In this document: positions 26,562 through 40,824 of the stretch, piece by piece
Layout: every line of letters starts with the position of its first letter
How positions within the stretch are numbered: the stretch's first letter is position 1
DNA from: Lytechinus pictus
Taxonomy: Eukaryota
Assembly: GCF_037042905.1 (NCBI RefSeq)
Contig: NC_087251.1
Span: 28,088,001 to 28,152,000, forward strand
Direction of reading: 5' to 3'
Length of the DNA stretch: 64,000 bases
The notes under the pieces: generated by a model
Told to the model about the DNA's origin: nothing
Databases searched by the model: none
The model's input: the letters and a program-made list of their open reading frames with translations, nothing else
Translations under genes and position numbers: made by a program

Positions 26562-28519
26562 TAATTGTCTGGGCAACCTGAATGAATAGCAGAATATTAT
26601 TGATGGAGTATCAGGGTGCCATGAGCCTAATTACATCAGGAGGGCTAAAGATATTCGTTCGACCCAACCCGAATTTGTTTCAATTTGATATTGCTGATTG
26701 ACAAAAGTGTATGAATATGATACAAAATATAACACTGATTCTAGAAATGGTAAGTAATGAACTTTGCCCAAATTGGGAAGATATATCAATGATTTGGAAC
26801 TATTTTTTGACTGGTGGAAGAATTGGGGCTATTTTACTATTTCAGTTGATGAATTTGATCCTATCATAGTTATCTTCATAAATGGCGATTTATTTTTAAA
26901 ATGAGCTGGCTACGATACCCTTCTCTGGTCAGATATGGAATGTCAGATATATATCCTATCCAAAGGTAGTAAACATTCGACCCTCTAATTTCACATTTAT
27001 TTTTTATGAATTTTTCAAAAGTGCCATTTTAACACACAAGTCTATTGGGAATGTTTTACGCGCTTGACACCTCAGGCTGATCACCATCTGATGTTTAGAT
27101 CAATGTGATAAAAGCAGTCTCGTGTGTTCAGTTACCTATTTTAAATGAAAGATTTACAGAATTGGACAAAAGTATATGCTTCTTTGTAAAATAACAGAAG
27201 TTTCTCAATTAAAGGTATCGTGCATTTTTGTTTGAAAAGTTCAATTCAAAATGACAAAATTAAATGTAGTTTGGAGTTTTTACCCATTTCTAGACATTGT
27301 TATCATATTTCAGATGATACCCAATTTGCAGGCACAAACACTGGGTTGCCTCAACAAATAGGAGTCTATATCTTTCAGACTAGGAATTTGTGTATACTGT
27401 TTCAATTTGGCATGGCAATTTGAACTCATGCTAGACTTCTGTGAAGGCCCACTTGTTGATTATTGTGTCTCTCATGGTCTGTGCCTGCAGACTATAGATG
27501 ACAATAATATGAGAATAGTTTGATTTCAAATTTATCAATCCATGAGGAAGAGAACATGTCCACCATCTGCCCCATCATGTAGGGCATGCATTCTCCTTTG
27601 ATAACAGATGAGGACAACATCCAGAAGTAATATATCTGTCTGGAACCTTTACTGATTGGAAGCTAGTGGAGTGGTGAAGGGAATGATAAGTGGATCGTTA
27701 GGCTTTCATCCCCTTAATTTGGTTTGAAGGATCATTGATTTAGTGCCGTGGATAGTGCACTTCATACTATGGGCTTAAAGGGGGGGGGGGGGTAACCCAA
27801 TAGAACTTACATGATACTGAAATAACTTCCCTTCCTTTCTTAAAGGGATGGTCTGGGCTGAAAATATTTATATCTAAATAAATAGAGTAAAATTCACAGA
27901 GCAAAATGCTGAAAATTTCATCAAAATTGGATAACAAATACCAAGGTTATTGAATTTTATAATTTAGCAATATTTTGTGAAAAAGGTTATATGCACATTG
28001 TCATGAATATTCATTAGGCATGATGTAATGCATTCTATTGAATTGAAATATGTAGAATTTGCATGATTTTTATTAGAACATAGTCAAATAAAAATCAGAC
28101 TTCCCACAAATAACGTAAAAGTGATGAAAAAGAAAAAGCTGTAGATACTAGAAATAATTCTGATAAGAATCCCTTCTTGTAAAGTTTACATGTGGAATCG
28201 ATTCCCTATTCCAAAGAAGTAGAAATTGAGGTCAAACATAAAGATTTTTAAGTATCATTATTCGATCTACATTTGAGATTAAAAAGAAAAAACATATTTT
28301 ATACATCTTAATTATGTAGGAGTTCTTTATTGAGGTTCAATGATGGACAAGAAATGTCCCGTATACTATTCAGATATTCCTTTCGTTTTCTGAAAATGCT
28401 TTTTAGTTTAATGGCTCATCAATGGTGGTCTGAGAGCTGGCAGGTGCGAACATGAAATCTACTAATAATTAACAACTTCATCACCCTTTCAGTCCCCATC
28501 CCCCTGTGAACTAAAAGCA

Positions 28520-28780
28520 ATGTATGGAACACCATGCAGTTGCTGTAATGTCTCAGAATTTATGGAGTCATACATTTTTGTCAAAATCCCCCAGTGGTGC
28601 TGACGATAATGTAGCTCAGAAGCATGGAATAGTTTCCGTCATTGCGGTAGAGAAAAATAAGACCGGTTATGTATGGAACACCATGCAGTTGCTCTCATTT
28701 CTCTAAATTTATTGCTTCATGAAAATTTTGTCAAATCCCCCATCAGTACTTAGCTTAGTAGAAGCATGGAATATGTTGCA
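28520..28780. repeat. Degenerate tandem duplication (~149-bp period)
   Basis: tatggaacaccatgcagttgct at ~28523 and ~28672; ttttgtcaaa.tcccc and agaagcatggaata also repeated. Confidence 0.65.
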
Positions 28781-29298
28781 GGAATGGGTTCTTCTCCATC
28801 AGCCAGAATTGGCAAGTAATTTTCTGCGATTTCTGAAATGGCAATTCATTCCATATTATTTGTACACTGGAGACACAGATTTATCCATAGTCACATGTTT
28901 CTCCATTTTTTCCCCTTTTTTTTTTTTGGGGGGGGGGTGAAATAGTCATCTATTAGGTGTTTCACAAATGAATATGCAATCTGGTTTTAACTCGAATGGA
29001 TCCTATTCAAACAAGGCCAAAAATACAGGTGCCTTATCAACCCAAGGTCACATTCCATGTTCAAGCGAGAATGTGGTTCTTCCATCTTGAGATTAATATC
29101 AGTTCAGGCTAATGGAGCGATTCCCTCATCCCCTCTTCATATCATATCAATCATTTATCAAACTGTGATTTGTTTAGAATTATGTTTGCTTTGTTTTAAT
29201 AAAAACTGCATTATTTGTAAAATATTGAGTTTGAGCAAACCTAGACTGATGGAGGATCTACCTATGGTTGTAGAGAAATGAATGCCAATTGATGTTAG

Positions 29299-29895
29299 AG
29301 GTCAAGTCCACCCAAGGAAAATACTGACTTGAATAAATAGAGAAAAGTCAAAATAGCATAGTGCTGAAAATGTCATCAAAATCGGATGTAAAATAAGAAA
29401 GTTATGACATTTTAAAGTTTCGTTTATTTTTCACAAAACAGTGATATGCACAACTAGGTGAGTCAGTCGATGATGTCCATCACTTACTATTTCTTTTGTT
29501 TTTATTGTTTGAATTATACAATATTTCATACGTTATAGATTTGACATTAAGGACCAACTTGACTGAACCATATTGTATTAAACAATGCTAATTCCACATG
29601 TTCAGGGAGGAATTAATCATTGTATTACTTGATAATGAGGAGAAAATTAGAATATTTCATATAATAAAATACAAAAGAAATAGTGAGTGGATGATGTCAT
29701 AGCCTCCGCATTTGCATACCAGCCAGGATGTACATATAACTGTTTTGTGAAATTAAGCGAAAGTTTAAAATGTTTCTTATTTATATGATTACTTTCTTAT
29801 TTTACATCCGATTTTGATGAAATTTTCAGTGTTATGCTTGTTTGATTTTTCTCTTTTTATTTCAAATCAGCTTTTTGTTGGGGTGGACTTGTCCT
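29299..29895. mobile_element. Kolobok-like MITE, family A
   Basis: ttag|AGGTCAAGTCCACCC...GGGTGGACTTGTCCT|TTAA; homologous to 58772-59356; a further fragment at ~8590-8720. Confidence 0.85.
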
Positions 29896-32800
29896 TTAAT
29901 GTTTCAGAAGTCTGGTTATTAATTTATGTTAATATTGCTTTTCTTTGGACTCAAATAGCCAAAATTTTTATTTCCACAAGAACTGTTTTTAGTTGTTCAA
30001 TGAAATATAACATTGGCATTGCGTGTTTAAATATGTAGCTTACACAAAGAGAGATAATTCAAATCATATATTTTAAAAACAAGGGTGGAAGGGGTAAATC
30101 ACAATTTAAAAGGGTTAAGGAGTGACAGTGTTTTTTAATAAGGGTAAAAAATGCTGTTCTCAGCCCTTTTCAAACTTTTTTGCCTTTTGTGTCTTTAAAG
30201 TGTTTGTTTATAATTAGGAATTTAGTTGTTGGCTATTCAGGAAATTAAAAGTAGTTAAATTCATATGGTATGCAGAATGCGTAATAATTGTTCAGAAATA
30301 AATCGTAATGAATCAAATTAATATAAATTTGTATTTCATTATTCACTCTCATGTAGACATGTAGAGAAGGGTGCAATTGGATATAATCTACATATTTATA
30401 ATACATACAATTAAATAACAACCAGGGAATGAATACACGTACATGTAGTTGCTGTCTTCATTAATTAGCTGTTTTCCTAATTATCATATCATGATCATTC
30501 AGCTATTTGTGAGTGATGGGTATGTGTCATTTCAACATGATATTCACAGTTTTCACGGATTCCGCAATTTGTTAATCCCCTTAATAAGTCAGACCTTCTA
30601 ACATGTAAATGTATAGCCACCCAAATTAAAATCGAAATGAAGCAAAGAGGTTTACCTTGTATTACAGTGGCTATGTTCACATGACATCCTTATAGTATTA
30701 ACTTTTCAGTGTAATAATAATATCCAGTTCCTGTATATATACGTAATGCCATATTTGGAAGAAAAATGTTTGATTTCAGTAAATAGCTAGCATTTCTTTA
30801 AAATTTAAAGTCTATGATACAGATTTTAATCTAACAAAATCTGTGATTTCTCAGATTTTGTGGGGCAGGTAGTTCCATAATTTTGGTACCATAACAAAAT
30901 GAATTTTTATGAAATCTTGACTATCAAATGTCTCGTATTTTACACATATCTGAGAAAACATCCTGTGATCATGAATGAAGAAATTTCTAAATGGGATTGA
31001 TAGTGACATTTCAGCTATACTCACTTATATGAAAATAGTGAAATGCACATTCATAGTGTACTATTAAAAATCAGAGCAACTGCAAGTAAATTGCTTTAAT
31101 TGTGGTCAATTTTTTCGAAAATAACGTTGAGATATTTGTTTTCTATCCTGTATCTGTTAAAAAAATGATCCCATGAACCAATCCGATTCTATTTGATAAG
31201 CTCCCATGTTAACATTACAAACATAACATAAACAACTGAAATATATTGGAAAGTAATTGGTAGTCATGTGAACACAGCTATCATAATGTGTTACAGCGTA
31301 GGCAGATGTATAACCCTCCTCGGTAATCAGCGCTATCAAATTATGAAATGTATTAGAGGTCACGGCGGCATGTTGACATAAAGATGATTGTATACTTCCT
31401 GTATTAACAAGGGGGAGAAAAGGTTCTGCTCCTTAGATCAATGACAGATAAATGTTTTATTTGTAGCAAATGGTATTAAAATATTGTCGTGTTAAGATGT
31501 TTTACATGTACGTGATGGTGAATCAAATAAATGGGTGTTCTGATGTGATGGTTATTGATGAAAATAGACGATGACACAAAAGGGGTCAGTAATTGATAAG
31601 ACTTGGATTTCACTTGAGTAATTGTCTGCTATTTGAATTGTGGATTGAAGAGCAATTGATAGTATTTCTGTAATTATGCATCGTAATGTTATTATTGATT
31701 CATTTTTTTGGCGTATTACTCAAATTGCTGTTGAAATTGAGAAGAGAAAGATGTAATAGATGATGCATATTTTTGTGTGACACTGCATGACTACAGATTT
31801 GATTTCTAAAATTCATTTCTTTCTAAGTCTTTGTAACCATTTCCTCCTATACACTTTGGTAGAAAATCCTATATAAAAAAATGAAAGCGAGTGGAATTGA
31901 GGGGAGGGGGAGGGGATGAAAAGTTTTGTTTAAATCCCTATAAAGTTTATCATCCAAAGTTTGATTAAAAAGATTGACATTCAATTCTATGTTTTGTTCG
32001 TTTTTCGTCTATCATTTCGATTTAAAGTATTTCATAATCAAGCTCATGTTAGCTCCAATCTAGACAGAGGAGCATTTATACAAAGATCTTGCATAGTATC
32101 AGTAGTTTAGAGTTGAATGAATTGGGGGACTAGAAATTACCTCTTGAAAGTGATTTGAATTTACCCGCAACCTTTACCATTCTGATAACACAACACAAAC
32201 ATAATGTGCATCATTATAACACCACCAATCAGATTGCAGCATACAAATAAATCACACACTCTGTCAGAAAACGTTCATGTTACTCCTGAATAAAATACTG
32301 TATGTCAGTTCACTTTTGCACTTACACAAAAAATATATGCAACATAAAAAAGCTATCATTCAAATTTTGTCAATTGATGCTTCAAGCACCTTTTTGAAAG
32401 TTCAAACTATTCTTGGACCTTAATCTCCAGAGGAAAGTAATCAATCAAAGCACACCTGAGACTTCAATCTAATTATCAAGCCAAAAGAAAGAAAGAAAGA
32501 AAAAAAGAAATTGAATTTCTAGGCTGCTCTCCAAGCAATGCCTCTGGTTGATCCTATGTGATGTACCCTGCATTCACATTAGTGTCCGAAGGGTAGGGAA
32601 TTCCATGTACTAAGCTTACCATGTACCTTTAACTCTTATCCAACTGGCCTATTTGAGAGCCAAATGAGCAATGACACACTGGTTAACAAAATAAATTCAG
32701 TAAAATATTTTAATGTTGCCCAATCTGGCCTTATGATATACCAAAATAAAGCTAATTCTTTTGACACAAATTATTTTGAATAATTTGCATATATTATAAT

Positions 32801-33737
32801 ATCATATGCAAATTAGCACTTCTGCATATTCATGCAAAGACAGGTATTTTGGGCAAAAATCATATTTGATCATATAATTGAAAGGGAAATATAACTCAAA
32901 ATATAGTCAAACTTGCATGGAATATTCTTTGAAGTATGTAGAGTAAAAATAGGGGTCATTTTGTATATAAACATTATTGATGAGTTGTGAAGTAGGACAT
33001 ATTACATAATATTCAAATACGGGTAAAATTTTGTAAAAAATGCCTATACCAAAGTAGCTCACAAAAAAAATATTTAAAAATAAATGAATGATTTCTGCTC
33101 TTAGTAAGATGCTTTTTATGACAATAGGTATCTTTAGATAAAGGAAGAATGCTATATAGTAATTAAAAAAATCACAATATCAGATATTTTATGCAAATTA
33201 CTTCTTATGAATATTGATGAACGCATTGTTCAGGTGAAACAAAGTCTTTTCCTTCAAAGGGGAGTATGCAAAAAAAATATCCAAACCTCATGAGAATGAA
33301 GTATGAGTTATATTTTCAAATTATGAAATATCATATTTGTTTGTTATTTCCTTATTTATGATTCAAAGGTTTGTGAAATATGACACTTTACATGATATTC
33401 AAATACATAAGTGTGAATTCCGTTCAAGAAAATACATGTACATAACTACATATACACCAAAGTTGAATAAACAAAAAAATACATAGAAAAAGAAAACAAG
33501 TGATTCCTGCCTCATACATGATAGATAAATGTTTCTTCTGTACTTTTTTTAAACAAATGTTACAAAATTTGCGTATGTAATGTCATGAATATTGATGAGC
33601 TTGCGTAAAATAACATGTACCCACGAATAATTGTTTGTACAGTACAATAAAAAGATATAAATTATGGCAATGAGCCTTGCAAAATATCACATGTGTTTGG
33701 TGCAGTCTTTATTACAAGTGACTCAGATGGATGTCAA

Positions 33738-33794
33738 ACTGTCTTTCAGTCTCTATTTCACACTGTCTTTCAGTCTCTATTTCACACTGTCTTT
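33738..33794. repeat. 24-bp tandem repeat (about 2.4 copies) spanning the transposase stop codon
   Basis: actgtctttcagtctctatttcac twice, then actgtcttt. Confidence 0.9.
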
Positions 33795-35406
33795 GAAGGA
33801 GGGATCTGTGTGAAAAGTATAATAGCAGTTTCTCTTCTTGTTCATACAGAGATGGACATCACACCTCAAACATCGTACATATGATTTGTAGGCATTTTTC
33901 TTCATTGTTTTTGCACACACTTTGCAATCTAGTCTGTCTACACTGTCCTCTGGAAGGTGGAAGAATTCCGGGTCATTTGCTGGTACAGGAACAGCCGCTG
34001 CCTGTGGTGCTACAGGGCGATACAGAGGTACTGGATCGTCGTCATTGATTCCACCCAGCTGTCTGCAAAGCTCTTCGCGAAAATTGCGAGGATCATATCT
34101 TGATGGCCGATGCAGGGCCTCCACATTTGCATGCTTTCCCCTCCAATCTTGGAATAAGATGAAGGAATTTATGATCGCGATGTCTACAAAGTGAAAAAAC
34201 AAGGTCTTCCAATACTTCACAGTTTTCCGAAGAATGTCATAGTTAGACAGCAACTGGTCAGACCGGTCGACACCGCCCATGTAACTGTTGTAGTCGCGAA
34301 CAGCCATAGGTTGACGCACTAACTTCCGGTGGAATTGACCTCTTTCCTTCACTCTGCGTCGGCAATACTCGAAGTCATTTGCATCGTGAAAGGAGGAGAT
34401 CATGCTGATCGCTTTGTTGTCCTTCCACTGCTGGACGAGGTTCCCATCACTCCTGACCCATCTCATGTTCCCGCGCGATGCATTTCTGGACCAGTCCTTT
34501 ATAGTGGTTTTGAATTCCACTGGGAATCCTCTCCGATTACTATTAGCTGTCCCACATGCCCAAACCTGGTTTCTCTTTAAATCGGTCAACAGTTTCATCG
34601 ATGTGTAAAAATTATCGATATAAAGTTTGTAGCCTTGGTGCAACAAGTTTTCACAGAGACTGAAAACCACATCGTAGCTCAGCCCATTCTCGGAAGCTTG
34701 TTCTCGTCGTCCAATGTACACGTCAAAGTCAAACGTGTATCCGGTTTTAGAGTCCGCCACCACCCAAAGCTTGAAGCCCCATTTCGTTGGCTTATCGCGA
34801 ATGTACTGCCTTATTGAGAAGCGTCCTTTTGACCGCACCATTCGCTCATCAATAGCGATATGTTCATGGGGCTGATACAATGCCTGGCACGTCTGCTTCA
34901 TGTGGTCAAGAAGAAAACGAACTTTGCGTAACACATCATTGGGATCCTCTGTGTCAGGATCAACGACATGAAGAAAACTCATAATCGCCTTGTACCGATC
35001 CCTGGACATGAACGATCGCGACCATGAACCATGGTATAGCGTCGCTGTCGACCAGTAGCTCTCTATGTCTGGAAAGCGTGCAAGACCCATGTAGATAAGT
35101 AGTCCGATCAAGCTCCACATCTCATCAACTGTCACTGGATTCCAGGTCCCATCACTAGAGGCATAGGTTGAGTTATTGGCTATGTGGGCATTTGCGTATT
35201 TATTTGTATAATCACAAATTTGTTGGATTACTTCGATGGTGAAGAAGAGCTTGAAATAATCTTGTGCAGTCGTCATTGTGGCAGCACCCTGTCTTGTCCT
35301 CACATTCTCCAACTGTGCTCCTGAAGGTCGATTAGACCTGAACTTCAATTCTCGCTTGGCAGGGCCATTGCCATCTCGGTCATCATAGGACTTGTACTGG
35401 ACTCTC
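33777..35406 (-). CDS. piggyBac (PGBD4-like, DDE_Tnp_1_7) transposase, exon 2
   Basis: Catalytic motifs IAIDERMV, YIDNFYTS, GGVDRSDQ; KPTKWGFKLW; C-terminal Cys-rich domain CKVC...CLRCDVHLC...CYYTFH; acceptor ctttcttttttcgttatttcatcacag| (phase 2); AATAAA on the - strand at 33708-33713. Confidence 0.95.
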
Positions 35407-36136
35407 CTGTGATGAAATAACGAAAAAAGAAAGCTTACATTAGACCTCAACTGCATAGGCTTATAAAAAAATGGAATACATCAGGCCTAGAATTATACAC
35501 GGAAAATAAGATGAAAATAAAATGAAATGAAAAAAAAAAAAATAAAGAGAAATCTACATATTATCAAATGATGCAATAATGGGACCGCAATAATATATCC
35601 TTTTTTTTTTAAACTAGAATTTTTGATAAAGGAGGGGTGAGGTTTTTGGTGCCCCCTGTAAAAAAAAAATGAAGAAAAACAACAATGAGAGTGAGAGTGG
35701 GTGACAATTTTTTTATCTTGGGGGGGGGGGGGATTGCAGTTCATCAGTCATCAGGATGCAAACCAAAGAACCTTTTTTTTTTTTTTTTTTGCTGGAAAGA
35801 CCATTGTTAGTCCTTATTTTGGCAGTGTCTTTATTTGTTCTCATCATTTCAGTCTAAAAACTCCCGTATAACACTTTGTAATGCTAATATTCATATGTTT
35901 TAGCTACCATTCCCAAATAAACATCCAACCGGAAGTTGAAAATTTAAATGTCTGTGCACTTCCGGTTTCGAAAATGATCGGGACAGGTGACAGTTTTATC
36001 AATAGTAAACCATAATTAGGCCGGTATTTCCCAATAAAACATAATATTTCACAAAAATATTAACTTTTACACGGAATATTAGCTTCCACTAGTGTTTTTA
36101 TTGAAATAAAATGATAAAATAAGGAGGTAAACTTAC

Positions 36137-36357
36137 TGAGTTTGTCTTGCAGCAGTAGCTCTCCTTCCGCCTCGCTGACGGCCACGTACGGCCCTTCGTG
36201 GTGCCTGCACACGGGATGTTGAAGGAGCATCATTATCGGATGAATTATCATCCGAAATGTCAGTATAATCTGAAGAATCATCACTCAAACCCCTGTTCAG
36301 GTCTGACTCTTCCCCTGAATCCAAGACTGAAACCATTTCAACATCGCTATCATCCAT
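36137..36357 (-). CDS. piggyBac transposase, exon 1 (acidic/Ser-rich, then basic N-terminus)
   Basis: MDDSDVEMVS...DDSSDYTDISDD...RGRQRGGRR; donor CA|GTAAGT (phase 2) joins exon 2 in frame, giving 616 aa. Confidence 0.85.
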
Positions 36358-36959
36358 TTTGAACGATTTTTCTTCGGAGGGACAATGATCAAAATCAGCG
36401 AGTCGCGAACGTAAACATGCACCGCGATGCCCACGAGCTGAAGCTAGCAGGGACCTGCCTGAATGAAAAAGACGTCTCTTATTTCAGTTGTCCGGAAAAT
36501 ACCGATCGTTTCCGGAAATGTCCATATTTGGATATCATCGTAAAGCAGAGAATTCGCCCTATCTTTTGAGGTATATTTCGAGGATATACGATGTTTTACG
36601 GAGATTCTACGAACGGGGAAAGTTTGTTGACACGGAGCTCCGGTCATATATGACCGGGATTTCGTGGCACCGTTGGATAAGAGTTAAAGAGAATTCTCCT
36701 CCAGTCCTGTATTCTGGACAGTCATAAAAAAACTCTTTCGCTCTTGTTTTAAGGAGTTCATGAACAAATTTTGGAGGAGAGAGCACCCTTGGGTGCGAAA
36801 GTTATGGGGTACAGCTGTTTTCATGTAACATGTAAGGTGGTTGCAATATAAGGTATGGATGTCATGCCATTCATGCCTATATGTTATATATAACGTGAAT
36901 TCTCTCTGTCTGAACCCCAGAGACATGCAGGTGTCATCAAGTAGCATTTGAAAAAAAAT

Positions 36960-37345
36960 AAGATAAGGCGGTGCTGCACCAGCCCGAGTTTGCTTAATCT
37001 CGAGATTTTAGCCCCATCGGCCCTCTTCATGATTAATCTCGAGATTAATGAAACCCCATCTCCACCAGCGCAATTCGTGCTCGAGCGAGGCTTCAATGCA
37101 TTATGGTCTGACGCCGTGAATAAATAATCCTGAGTGTGTCTGCACCTGCGAATTAGCAGGATAATTTGTAAATAGCGCTCTATTTTGCAAATAATCCTAA
37201 GTTGACTTAGGATTCCAATCTCGAGATTAATCCAGCGAACTATCCCGATGATTGCGTCTCCATTACAAATAATCTCGAGATTGTTCAGATTGGGATAATT
37301 TGGCGAATCAGAAATAGCGCGATTATTTGAAAACTCGAGAGACCA
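36960..37345. repeat. Probable MITE remnant with palindromic AATCTCGAGATT repeats
   Basis: Four copies of aatctcgagatt within ~300 bp; termini not resolved. Confidence 0.5.
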
Positions 37346-39436
37346 CTTCTTCCCTTCAGATACCTGGTATCAGCGATGTCCAAAGATGCATTACAATTCT
37401 TTCAGTGATTTTCTATGATTAATATTCCCATGTCCAGTCAGATGCAAGGATTTCAGTAGCTTATAGCATTTACTTTGATTTTCATTGTTATCTTTTCATG
37501 AAATACTTTTCAGATTATCTAAATAATTAGGAAGATGAGTCAGAAGTAAACAAGCATTTTTACTACAGATATTTTTACCCAGTACACTCTCAGTACTAGT
37601 ATACATATAACCTATGGTCTACATGCCTCCTAATAAGACCTATGCTGTACCCAAAGGGCAATTGATATTTTCTCTTGGAGAGAAAATAATTCATAACTTC
37701 TATTTCAGAAAGGTAATGACTTCTATTAGTCATTATGATTACAACTGTCACATAGTTCATCCATAAAACGGCAATAACCAAGCAATACTTGTCACAATGT
37801 TATTGTAGCTTGGTTATAAATTATCCACAGATGTGAACTTTATGAAACATATTTCATGTCATTTTATACGTAGATCCATTTATTGTTAAAAGGAAAACAA
37901 ACAGATTAATAATTGGTATACAGACCAGTGGGTAACAAAGGTATTCTTGATATTACAATTTACTATTAAATTTTGTACATGGTTATCATTGTATTTACAG
38001 TTATGCTTGTTTAGTTTATGAATTATTGATTAAGTAATTATACTATGTACATGTAGATCTTCCCATGAGCAACGCGACCAAGATCTGTGATGCCATATAC
38101 ATACAACTTCCCTATTTACTTAACCTAAATTTATTGTTTTTAAATCTTTAAAATCAGATTAATTACTTTGTGATTTTATTAGAACAAACTCTTCGTACAG
38201 ACTTGTATTTAATTCCTTCATGACAGGGGTATAGCATGACTCCTGTATATGAACAAGCCTTGAGATTCCACGATGGAATAAAATGTCCATGGATGTGGTA
38301 CAAACGGAGATCATCGACGTTGAAACCACTATTATCTCTGACGTAAGATGTCTCCATCCATTAATACAAGAGCAAAGATGTTCTTCATTTTGTTGCGGCT
38401 CCTGTAATCTTCCAATCCTTTCACAATTTGGCAATTTTTGTCCAACGCCGCCGCAGGGCTGAGGTTTACTTTGCTTGACATGATTCAGCGCATCTTCTGC
38501 CATTATAGGATATCATTATTATGAGCTTTGGTAAGAGATCCATTAGGAAATCAATATCTTGAGCATTTTCATATCTCCCATTTTCCCTGTTCCTGTTTTT
38601 CAACCTCCTTTAAAAAAAATCTTTTTGTATTCATCAAAAGCCTATAGTCACAAGGGGTCCGGGGGTTTGATCGAACCCCCTAAAATTGTCAAAGCCAAGA
38701 GAAAATAGGAGAAGGGAAGAGAAAAAATCAAACACCCTAAATGAAAACCTGGCTCCAGGGCTGCATTCCATTTATTTGTTTGAAGTCACGTTTCCTCTTT
38801 TGTTTTCTCTATCACTTAGCTTTCACTTCATCTGCCTCTTTACTCCTTTATTTCTTTGTTTTTGCTTTACTTATATGCCTGAAATTTCTTATTAATATAC
38901 CCCTCTTTCTCTTTCTTTCCTTTCTTCCTTCCTCAATTCATCTCTCTCCTAGCCTTCACTACTCTCTTTCCTCCTTATAGAAATTGATTATTTTCAGATT
39001 TTTTAGACTGAGATGAGATTTTGGTCACTATTCAATTTTTTCAATTTCCATCATTTTTTATTGATCTCTGTACTACAGTAGGCTGCAATGAAGTGATAAT
39101 TGTCCTCTTAACAAGCCTTCAAAAATATTTCCATGGAAGTTGTGTCTCGGGAAAAGAATACTTAATTGAGGTCATTATGTACGTGTATTGGCCCTTATGT
39201 ATGTGTGGGTGATCGCTTTGATATTGAGTGGTTATTAAAAATGATCCCCCGTTATGCAACATTTGATTCCTCGTCTTCTTTATTATCTAATTATGGAAAC
39301 TCAATGTCAATTGAACTGATGTAATGGAGCTAAGAAAACCATTGGAACATAATTCCTATCAAGACACATACAAGTCACTTGCTATTAATGAGGTCAGAAA
39401 TGGGGGGCTCTTGTTCTAGGAAATTAGACATATTAA

Positions 39437-40019
39437 AGGAGAATGAAACCCTTGAAACCAGCTGAATCCATATCAAAGAGAAAAATCAAAGAAACATATT
39501 GTTCAAAGTTTGAGGAAGGTTGAATGAATAATAAGAAAGTTATGAGCATTTGAATATTGAGATCACTAGTGCCATGTAGATCCTCCTATCGGCAATGCGA
39601 CCAAGATCTGTGATATAACAAACGTACAACTCCCTCATTACTTTAGTACTTATTTCACTTATATTCTCATTTTTATAGAGTCTATCACAAGGTGAGGTGT
39701 TCTCTTTATGAGATGACAAGTACAGAGGTTTCACAACATTATATCATTGATGAATCGTTTGTCATATGATTAGAATGAGCAAAAAGAGATGTTTTGGGGT
39801 ATATTTTCAGTGTCCAAATGGGAGAGTTGTACGCGTGTGACATCACAGATCTTGGTCGCATTGCCAATGGGAGGATCTCCATAGCATTAGTGATCTCGAC
39901 ATTCAAATGCTCATAACTCTTTTATTGCTAGTCCTATTTTACTCAAAGTTTTGTTGATCTTATTCTTTGATTTTTCTGCTTTCACAAAAGCTAACTTGCT
40001 CCAAGAGTTTCATTCTCCT
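39437..40019 (+). mobile_element. Kolobok-like MITE, family B, copy 1
   Basis: TTAA|AGGAGAATGAAAC...GTTTCATTCTCCT|TTAA. Confidence 0.9.
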
Positions 40020-40824
40020 TTAATGTAAGGAAAGTTGCAGTATATCATATTGTGAATGCATGGTGAAGGATTCATCATCTAGACTTCGTTATACTTGTAG
40101 TTGAAAACAAGGTCTTGATGGCTTTTAAATATTCTTGTAAATCTTGCTCCAAACTAATGTTTACTTCAAGCACAGCAGTGTGCAGCATTCAGCTTGTCAA
40201 TGACCCCCCAACAAAGCTATTGCATATTTCAATAGATTATAATACTGTGTTTGCATAGCCACTGTTGTGATTTCCTTTAATGATTAATTCAGTGACCTTT
40301 ATGAAAATTGTAAACTAAGGTAGAATTTGCAGGACAAGTGTTCGAGTAAATACTCCAAATCCATGTCAAGCAGTGTTCCTATGTAATTATATAGGCCTAT
40401 AGCCCTCTAGGGTCGGAAACAGAAGGGTGTTTAGGCCTATAAGCAGAAATTGAGGAAGCATTTTATGGAGTTTCACCCGTTCTTATTTAGGATTGTTAAA
40501 AAATTGTGTATATTTTTTTCTTAAATTGTATTTCTCAACCTCCTTTTCTTTTCTTTTCATTTCTTCTCTTCTTTATCCAGCCTTCATCTTAATCAACAAA
40601 TTGTCTTATTCATTTCTCCCCTTCTTTTTTATAGTTTATTATTATAATCATAAATACTATCATTATTATTGTTTTAAATTTATTTCTGTAATTAGTTTTA
40701 TTATTACCTATATCGATCATCATTACTTTCTTTTCATGATTTATATTTCCATCATAATCCTCATCATCATCATTGTTTTTATCAGATTTGTCAAATTTGG
40801 CATTACAGCATGAATATTTGTTAA

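Larger units (their letters stand above)
32633..36683 (-). mobile_element. Full-length piggyBac transposon (4,051 bp)
   Basis: TTAA at 32629-32632 and 36684-36687; perfect 12-bp TIR CTCTTATCCAAC / GTTGGATAAGAG; encloses an intact transposase gene. Confidence 0.95.

Noticed and set aside
35407..35456. N-terminus MQLRSNVSFLFSLFHH of the 559-aa ORF
   Set aside because: It is the polypyrimidine tract of the intron; the real N-terminus is the exon at 36357-36137
38159..38503. 114-aa - strand ORF in unique-looking sequence
   Set aside because: No recognisable motif and no consistent splice-site pair in an open frame; cannot be supported without a search
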